Part shown: positions 44,671-51,128 of the stretch, in pieces
How the letters are laid out: the number at the start of each line of letters is the position of its first letter
Position numbering within the stretch: the stretch's first letter is position 1
Assembly (NCBI GenBank): GCA_038040385.1
Contig: JBBPII010000005.1
Span: forward strand, 288,858 to 352,857
Source of the DNA: Candidatus Gilichinskyi gelida
Lineage (GTDB): Bacteria > Acidobacteriota > Thermoanaerobaculia > Gp7-AA8
Direction: 5' to 3'
DNA length: 64,000 nucleotides
The notes under the pieces: generated by a model
The model's database searches: none
What the model was told of the DNA's origin: nothing
Seen by the model: only the letters and a program-made list of their open reading frames with translations
Translations under genes and position numbers: made by a program

Positions 44671-46216
44671 ACCATTTTCCGATCATCCGCACCTCGTCGA
44701 CCTTGCGGTAGCCGGTCAGCGCCGGCGCGATCTCCTTCGCGTGGCGGCGACTGGTCACGATCAGGTTGGGCTTCCTCCGCAGCAGCGTCTCGGGATCGGC
44801 GTAGACCACGCGCTCCAGCGAGCGCGGGAGATCGCGCGTCCAGAGGTACGGCGTGGAGTAAAGCGCGATCTCCTCCGGCGGAACGCGCTGCCGCTCGAGG
44901 ACCGTGACCAGCGCCTGCGTGGAGCCGAACCCGTTCACGAACGGCAGCAGATACGCCGCCACGAATACCAGGACCGCGACCGTCACCGCGCCGGCGGCGA
45001 TGGTCGACGTCTCCAGCGACGCGCGCGCGGCGATGACGAAGGCGACGACCGACACCACTAGCGTGAAGGCGATCAGTCCGTTCACGCCCGCCACCGAATC
45101 GAATTCGCGCGGCATCTTGACGCCGCCCACGATCGCGCCGATGAAGACGATGGCGATGGCGATCAGGTTCGCCGCCCTCGCCCACCGCACGCCCGCCCGC
45201 ACCCCCTCGGCGACCAGCAGCGCCACCGCGGGGATCATGGCCATCATGTAGACGTCGAGTTTGCTGCTCATGAGCGAGTACGGCAGCAGAACGGCGATGA
45301 TCCAGTTGATGAGAAAGCGGTGCGTGCGCCACAGCGCGATGGCCGAGGCGAGCGCGAGGAAGAACCAGGGAAAGAGCGACAGCGGCAGGCGCTCGAGGTA
45401 ATACCACGGCGGCGCCTTGTGCACCCACGAGGCAATCGCCCGGCCAACCGTCTGCTTGACCATCACGTCACGCGCGTAGTCGCCGCCGCCCACCAGCACG
45501 GCGGGCACGAACCAGAGCAGCGGGATGACGATCATGACCAGAAGAGCGAGCCCCTCATCCGCCCTTCGGGCACCTTCTCCCCGCACGCGGGGAGAAGGAG
45601 GCTGTGGGCCCTCTCCCGCCCGCGGGAGAGGGTGGCGCGAAGCGCCGGGTGAGGGTCGGCGGCGCAGCGACTCCAGAAGGAAGAGGACGAGACCGATCAC
45701 GATGGCCATCGGCCCTTTGACCAGCGTGGCCACGCCGAGCGCGACGCCGCACCACAGCAGCGCGCGGCGGTCGTCGCGCTCGAAGAACGTCTCCATCTGG
45801 AGCAGGCCGAGGGCGATGAGCGCGGTGAAGGCGACGTCCATCCGCGCCGTCTGCGCCGAGCCCCAGATCAAGAGCGAGGTCCCGCAGACATACGCCGCCA
45901 GCGGCCCGCCGCGCCGCCACATCAGCCACAGCAGAAAAGCGAACGCGGCGATGGATGGCAGCACGAACGCCCAGGTCGAGTAGATGCCGAGGGGAAACGT
46001 CAGCAGATCGATGGCCCAGAAGTGCAGCGGCGGCTTGTGCGTGAACGGCGCGCCGTTGAGCGTGGGGAGAAAAAATGCGCCGGTGGTGCGCATCTCGCGG
46101 ACCACCTGCCCGTACTTCGTCTCGTCGCCGACGAAGAGGTCGCGGTTCGCGGGCGAGATCAGGACGGAAAAAAACAGGAGGAAGACGGCGACGGGCAGAA
46201 GGCGCTGGCGAGGCAT
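44651..46216 (-). CDS. GT39/GT83-type (ArnT/PMT-like) membrane glycosyltransferase
   Basis: N-terminal FVGDETKYGQVVREM (the DE motif of the ArnT/PMT family); more than 10 TM helices; has an in-frame family C repeat in a loop. Confidence 0.65.
   Translation of the reverse strand: MPRQRLLPVAVFLLFFSVLISPANRDLFVGDETKYGQVVREMRTTGAFFLPTLNGAPFTHKPPLHFWAIDLLTFPLGIYSTWAFVLPSIAAFAFLLWLMWRRGGPLAAYVCGTSLLIWGSAQTARMDVAFTALIALGLLQMETFFERDDRRALLWCGVALGVATLVKGPMAIVIGLVLFLLESLRRRPSPGASRHPLPRAGEGPQPPSPRVRGEGARRADEGLALLVMIVIPLLWFVPAVLVGGGDYARDVMVKQTVGRAIASWVHKAPPWYYLERLPLSLFPWFFLALASAIALWRTHRFLINWIIAVLLPYSLMSSKLDVYMMAMIPAVALLVAEGVRAGVRWARAANLIAIAIVFIGAIVGGVKMPREFDSVAGVNGLIAFTLVVSVVAFVIAARASLETSTIAAGAVTVAVLVFVAAYLLPFVNGFGSTQALVTVLERQRVPPEEIALYSTPYLWTRDLPRSLERVVYADPETLLRRKPNLIVTSRRHAKEIAPALTGYRKVDEVRMIGKWFDVYRR
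45551..45655. repeat. repeat family C, copy C4 (inside a CDS)
   Basis: CCCTCATCCGCCCTTCGGGCACCTTCTCCCCGCACGCGGGGAGAAGG...CCCTCTCCCGCCCGCGGGAGAGGGTGGCGCGAAGCGCCGGGTGAGGG; encodes ...RRPSPGASRHPLPRAGEGPQPPSPRVRGEG... Confidence 0.65.
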
Positions 46217-46338
46217 GCGCCGCCGATTCTATAAGCGGCCTCAACCCTTTGCAATTCAGTAACTTAGCGGGGCGTTTTCGCCGCTGCGCGGAATGCTACA
46301 ATCGGCGCTGACGCGGTACTTCGAAGGAGGACGAGAGG

Positions 46339-46578
46339 ATGTCGAATCGCTTCGCTGACATTCAACGGATTCTCAGCACCGAAGATGATCAGTTCCGCAC
46401 CTGGCTCGAAGAGCATCACGAGTGCGAGTCGAGACTCGGCGAGCTCGCCGGCAAGAGCCAGGTGACAACCGACGAAGAGATCGAAGAGAAGACGTTGAAG
46501 AAGCGCAAACTCCATTTGAAGGACCAGATGGCCGCCAGGATCCGCACCTACGAAGCCACGCACGCCATGGCATCGTAA
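46339..46578 (+). CDS. DUF465 (YdcH-like) small protein
   Basis: 79 aa, ...LKKRKLHLKDQMA...; strong [10 protein letters not shown] 7 bp upstream of the ATG. Confidence 0.65.
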   Translation: MSNRFADIQRILSTEDDQFRTWLEEHHECESRLGELAGKSQVTTDEEIEEKTLKKRKLHLKDQMAARIRTYEATHAMAS

Positions 46579-46606
46579 CGGGACACCGACGACGAACTGA
46601 TCGGAA

Positions 46607-46630
46607 GGGCCTCGGCGACGAGGCCCTTTT
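46607..46630 (+). terminator. rho-independent terminator
   Basis: GGGCCTCG-gcga-CGAGGCCC followed by TTTT, 30 bp after the DUF465 stop. Confidence 0.7.
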
Positions 46631-46732
46631 CGTTGACCACCGATCGCCCTCCGCGTCTCCGCGTGAACCGTTTCTCACGCGGAGGCGCGGAGAAGGATGC
46701 CTCGACCCATTCTTTGCATTAGCATGCCCCCG

Positions 46733-47377
46733 ATGCGCCGCCTGCCATTCGCCCCCGAGGGTTGGCTCTTCCTGATCCCGGCGATCATCCTCTTCGCCGC
46801 GGCGCTGCTCATCCAGTGGACCGTCGCGGCAATCGTCTTCGGGCTGCTCGCACTCTTTCTCATCAACTTCTTCCGCGATCCGCAGCGCGTGGGCTCCGGA
46901 CACCACGTCGACGTCCTCTCCCCCGCCGACGGCACCGTCGTGCAGGTCAAGGACATTCCGGACGGCGAGGTGTGGCCCGGGCTGACCAGGCAGATGAGTA
47001 TCTTCATGTCGGTGTTCGACGTGCACGTGAACCGCGCGCCGATCAGCGGCCGCATCGTCCACTACCGCTACAACGCCGGGAAACGGCTCGCCGCGTTCGC
47101 GGAGAAGTCGTCCGTCGAGAACGAGCAAAACCTCATCGTCATCGAGGACAGCCGCGGCGCGAAGCTGGCCCTCAAGCAGATCGCGGGCCTCCTGGCGCGA
47201 CGCATCGTCTTCGACAAGAAGGAAGGCGACGACGTGGTGCGCGGCGAGCGGATCGGCATGATCAAGTTCGGCTCGCGGGTGGACATGTTCCTGCCGCCCG
47301 GCGCGTCGATCAAGGTCGCCATGCGCGAGAAAGTGAAAGTCGCTTTGACCGTCGTCGCGGAGCTGGGAGCGAAGTGA
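46733..47377 (+). CDS. psd: phosphatidylserine decarboxylase proenzyme (short form)
   Basis: ...FMSVFDVHVNRAPISGRIV... and the GSRVD self-cleavage region (G-S motif); alternative start 46697. Confidence 0.8.
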   Translation: MRRLPFAPEGWLFLIPAIILFAAALLIQWTVAAIVFGLLALFLINFFRDPQRVGSGHHVDVLSPADGTVVQVKDIPDGEVWPGLTRQMSIFMSVFDVHVNRAPISGRIVHYRYNAGKRLAAFAEKSSVENEQNLIVIEDSRGAKLALKQIAGLLARRIVFDKKEGDDVVRGERIGMIKFGSRVDMFLPPGASIKVAMREKVKVALTVVAELGAK

Positions 47378-48186
47378 TGCGCCGCCCCGACATGCGCAAG
47401 AACGTTCGCCGCGGCGTGTACATCGTCCCCACCCTGTTCACCGTCTTCAACCTCTTCTTCGGCTTCCGCTCCATCGTCAACAGCACGCGCGGGATCTCCG
47501 CCATCGCCGACCACCGCCCCGATCTCGCGGTGCAGTTCTTCGAGGTGGCTTGCCTCTCGCTGTTGATCGCCGCCATCTTCGACACCTTCGACGGCCTGGT
47601 GGCCCGCGCTCTCGGCGCCACGAGCGAGTTCGGCAAGGAGTACGACTCGCTCGCCGACGTGGTCACGTTCGGCTGCGCTCCGGCCGTCCTGGTCTACGCC
47701 TGGGGCCTGCACGTCCTCGGCAACCTCGGCGGCGGCATCGCCTTCGTCTTCCTGGTGGCCGGATCGCTTCGTCTGGCGCGCTTCAACGTGATGACCGGGA
47801 AAACCGACTACCGCTACTTCGTCGGCCTGCCGATTCCCGCGGGCGCGCTGACGATGGCGGCGATCATCTTCTACGCGCCGGCGCCGGTGACCGACAAGCG
47901 CTTCGCCCTCGTGATGCTGGTGGTCACCGCGGCGGTGGCGTTCGCTATGGTCTCGCCGATCCGCTACCGCAGCCAGAAGGGACTCAACCTAAACAAAGAG
48001 CGCTCTCTGATGTACTTCGTGGCCCTGGCGGTGATTCTGGGCATCTTCGTCTACTGGCCGCGGGAGTTTCTGTTCGGCGGCGCGATCGCGTATCTCTCCT
48101 CCGGCCCGCTGATGCGGCTCTGGTCCATCGCCTTCCCGTCGCGCAAGCCGCCCGAGGACGCACCGCAAGCGGTGGAAGCGCATTGA
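47377..48186 (+). CDS. pssA: CDP-diacylglycerol--serine O-phosphatidyltransferase (CDP-alcohol phosphatidyltransferase family)
   Basis: DTFDGLVAR...G...D..AD motif; start overlaps the psd stop (TGATG). Confidence 0.85.
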   Translation: MRRPDMRKNVRRGVYIVPTLFTVFNLFFGFRSIVNSTRGISAIADHRPDLAVQFFEVACLSLLIAAIFDTFDGLVARALGATSEFGKEYDSLADVVTFGCAPAVLVYAWGLHVLGNLGGGIAFVFLVAGSLRLARFNVMTGKTDYRYFVGLPIPAGALTMAAIIFYAPAPVTDKRFALVMLVVTAAVAFAMVSPIRYRSQKGLNLNKERSLMYFVALAVILGIFVYWPREFLFGGAIAYLSSGPLMRLWSIAFPSRKPPEDAPQAVEAH

Positions 48187-49211
48187 AACACGCGAACGGC
48201 CATTGGCTGGGCATCGTCAATCCGCTGACGCTGGTCGGCAATGAGGTCAAGAGCATCCTGCGCGAGCGCTCCTTTCCCGCCGAGCGCGTGGTGCTGCTCG
48301 ACTCCACCGGCGCCGCCGCCGGCGCGCTGACGGAGATCGGCGACGAGCCGGCCGTGGTCACCGCCGTCTCCGACGATGAGCTGGAGGATCTCGACCTCGT
48401 CTTCTTCTGCGGTCCGGCGGAGAAGAATCGCGAGTGGCTGAATCGCGCGGACGACGACGCGTTCTACGCCGTCGATCTGTCGCAGCCGTCGACGGTGGAG
48501 GAGGGGAAGCTCGCCGTAGCCGGGGTGAACCTCGACGAGATGAGCGAAAACGATCGCGTGCTGATCTCGCCGCATCCGGTGGCCATCCCCCTCGCGCTGG
48601 TGCTGCATCAGATCGAGCAAGCCGGCTGGGTGGAGATCTGCACCGCCACCGTGGTGCAGCCGGCGTCGGAGTTCGAGCAGGCCGGCATCGAGGAGCTGGC
48701 GCAGCAGACCCTCGGCGTGCTGAATATCCAGGGCGTGCCGAAGGACGTCTTCCACCGCCAGCTCGCGTTCAACCTCTACCCCGCGGCCGAGCACAATGAG
48801 GACTACATCGTAGGGCAGGTCCGCGCGCTGACCGACCCGCGGACGCAGATCGCGCTGCTGGTCACGCAGGGGACGATCTTCCACAGCCACACCTTCTCGC
48901 TGTTCCTGAAGAGCGAGGGCGAGGTGGACGTGGAGGCCATCAAGAGCGCGTTGCGCGCGAACGCCGCCATCGCCGTCGCCGAGCCGGACGAGCAGCTCGG
49001 CACCATCGACGCGGCCGGCCGCGATCAGGTCCTGATCGCCGAAAGTGCGGCCCGATCCATCGATCCGCGGCGGATTCTGGGTCTGGGCGGTCTGCGACAA
49101 TCTGCGCCGCAGCTCCGCGCTCAATGCGGTGCTGGTGGCGGAGAAGGTTCTGGTTGGGATGGCGGTCAATTAATCCTGAGCGAAGCGAAGGATCTTCGGC
49201 TCGATCGGTAG
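48183..49211 (+). CDS. aspartate-semialdehyde dehydrogenase-like protein (atypical)
   Basis: Asd/ArgC-like layout with Cys in ...VEICTATVVQPASEF...; N-terminal GIVNPLTLVGNEV replaces GxxGxxG; probable TTG start overlapping the pssA stop; the C-terminus runs into repeat A4. Confidence 0.5.
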   Translation: MKHANGHWLGIVNPLTLVGNEVKSILRERSFPAERVVLLDSTGAAAGALTEIGDEPAVVTAVSDDELEDLDLVFFCGPAEKNREWLNRADDDAFYAVDLSQPSTVEEGKLAVAGVNLDEMSENDRVLISPHPVAIPLALVLHQIEQAGWVEICTATVVQPASEFEQAGIEELAQQTLGVLNIQGVPKDVFHRQLAFNLYPAAEHNEDYIVGQVRALTDPRTQIALLVTQGTIFHSHTFSLFLKSEGEVDVEAIKSALRANAAIAVAEPDEQLGTIDAAGRDQVLIAESAARSIDPRRILGLGGLRQSAPQLRAQCGAGGGEGSGWDGGQLILSEAKDLRLDR

Positions 49212-49270
49212 CGCCTGTGGTCTTGTGCGCTGCTGGTCGAGCCGAAGATCCTTCGCTTCGCTCAGGATAG
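49168..49270. repeat. repeat family A, copy A4
   Basis: TAATCCTGAGCGAAGCGAAGGATCTTCGGCTCGATCGG...CGAGCCGAAGATCCTTCGCTTCGCTCAGGATAGAC. Confidence 0.7.
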
Positions 49271-49280
49271 ACTTCAGCCC

Positions 49281-49757
49281 ATGCAGGACTACTACGAACC
49301 GAAAGTCGGCGATATGGCGGGCGACTTCAAGCTGCCGTCGACGCGCGGGAAGGACATCACCCTCAAAGAGCACCGCGGCAAGGACGTCATCCTCTACTTC
49401 TACCCGAAGGACGACACGCCGGGTTGCACGGCCGAGGCGTGCTCGTTCCGCGATCACGAAAGCGATCTCTCCAAGGCGCACGCTGTTGTCCTCGGCGTGT
49501 CGACCGACTCCATCGAGAGCCACGAGAAGTTCCGCGACAAGTACAAGATCAACTTTCCGCTCCTCTCCGACCAGACCGCCGACGTGGCGAAGATGTTCGG
49601 CGTCTGGAAGGAGAAGAACATGTACGGGAAGCGGTATTGGGGCGTGGCGCGCACGACGTTCTGGATCGGCCCCGACGGGCGGGTCAAAAAGATCTGGAAG
49701 AAGGTCGATACGGCGAAGCACGCCGAGGAAGTGCTCGCGGCGATGCAGGAGAAGTAA
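49281..49757 (+). CDS. bcp: thioredoxin-dependent peroxiredoxin Bcp
   Basis: PKDDTPGCTAEACSFRD peroxidatic Cys motif. Confidence 0.9.
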   Translation: MQDYYEPKVGDMAGDFKLPSTRGKDITLKEHRGKDVILYFYPKDDTPGCTAEACSFRDHESDLSKAHAVVLGVSTDSIESHEKFRDKYKINFPLLSDQTADVAKMFGVWKEKNMYGKRYWGVARTTFWIGPDGRVKKIWKKVDTAKHAEEVLAAMQEK

Positions 49758-49758
49758 A

Positions 49759-49860
49759 GGAGCGCCGGCGTCCTCGCCGGCTGGCTCGCAGGCGTCCCGC
49801 CTGCGCCCCGTACGGCGGCGGGACGCCGCCGGGCCAGCCGCCGGGACGGCGGCGTTCCGT
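49759..49860. repeat. repeat family B, copy B5
   Basis: GGAGCGCCGGCGTCCTCGCCGGCTGGCTCGCAGGCGTCCCGCCTGCG...GCGGGACGCCGCCGGGCCAGCCGCCGGGACGGCGGCGTTCC between convergent genes. Confidence 0.65.
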
Positions 49861-49911
49861 CAGAAGCCGATCAGATCGAGAGCGGATAGAGGGCGATCGC
49901 GGCGCGCCGCA

Positions 49912-51072
49912 TCAGGCCCGGACGGCGCGAAATTCGCGGATCCGCCGGCACGCCTCTTCCAGCGCGTCGAAGTCTTTCGCGTAGCAGAAGCGCAGCATTC
50001 GCTTCCCCACCTCCGACTCGAAGAACGCCGTGCCCGGCACCGAGGCCACCCGCGCCTGCTCGAGCAGCGCCTGCGCCGCCTCGGCGGAGTCGCGGAACTC
50101 GTCGGGGATCTCCGCCAGCATGTAGTACGCACCTTGCGGCACCGACGGACGGAAGCCGGCGTCGGTGAGCGCGGCGGCCAGCACGTCGCGTTTCTTCTGA
50201 TAGTCGGCGGCGAGATTGCGGTAGTAGTCGTCGCCGACCTCCAGCGCGCGGGCGATGCCCCACTGCAGCGGCGTCGGCGCGCAGATGGAGAAGAGATCGT
50301 TCATCAACCCGATCGGCCCCGCCACCCGAGCGTCCGCGACGACATAGCCGACGCGCCAGCCGGTGATGGAAAACGTCTTGGAGAAGCCGCTGATGGTGAT
50401 GGTGATGTCGCGGCACGACGGCAGCGAGGCGATCGAGACGTGCTTGCGGCCGTCGCAGACGATGTACTCGTAGATCTCGTCGGTGATGACCCAGACGCCG
50501 TGCTCGCGGCAGAGCGCGCCGATGCGTTCCAGCTCTTCGCGGGTGAACATCTTGCCGGACGGATTGGACGGCGTGCAGACGACGATGGCCTTCGTTTTCG
50601 GCGTGAAGGCGGCGCGCAAGGCGTCCCAGTCGATGGTCCAGTCGGGCGCCAGCAGCGGCACGAACCTCGTCTTGAATCCGAGGACGTTGAGGGTGTTGAG
50701 GTGATAGCCGTAGTAGGGCTCGAAGAGGATCACTTCGTCGCCGGCATTGAGCGTGGCCATCGCCGCGGCGGCGAATCCGCCGCTGGAGCCGACGGTGACC
50801 ACCACTTCCTTCGCCGGATCGCACTCGACGCCGTTGTAGCGCGCCATCTTGCGGGCGATCCGCTCGCGCAGCAGGTCGATGCCTTCGAATTTCGAGTAGG
50901 TGGCCTTGCAGGAGCGGATGGCCTCGATCGCGCCGTCGACCAGCTCGGGGATGGTCGGAAGGTCGCAGATGCCCTGGCCGAGGTTGATGCCGCCAACGCG
51001 CTCGCACTCGCGCGACATGCGGCGGATGTCCGACTGTACCAGCCCGCGCAGACGATCGCTGATCTGAGTCAT
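49912..51072 (-). CDS. PLP-dependent aminotransferase (class I, aspartate/aromatic aminotransferase-like)
   Basis: SGFSKTFSITGWRVGY (PLP Lys) and fold-type I motifs. Confidence 0.85.
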   Translation of the reverse strand: MTQISDRLRGLVQSDIRRMSRECERVGGINLGQGICDLPTIPELVDGAIEAIRSCKATYSKFEGIDLLRERIARKMARYNGVECDPAKEVVVTVGSSGGFAAAAMATLNAGDEVILFEPYYGYHLNTLNVLGFKTRFVPLLAPDWTIDWDALRAAFTPKTKAIVVCTPSNPSGKMFTREELERIGALCREHGVWVITDEIYEYIVCDGRKHVSIASLPSCRDITITISGFSKTFSITGWRVGYVVADARVAGPIGLMNDLFSICAPTPLQWGIARALEVGDDYYRNLAADYQKKRDVLAAALTDAGFRPSVPQGAYYMLAEIPDEFRDSAEAAQALLEQARVASVPGTAFFESEVGKRMLRFCYAKDFDALEEACRRIREFRAVRA

Positions 51073-51128
51073 TGCGGAAGTTTACATTGCGGCTCCGGTG
51101 ATGGTGTGCTTAGATCCGCCCGGTCCAA

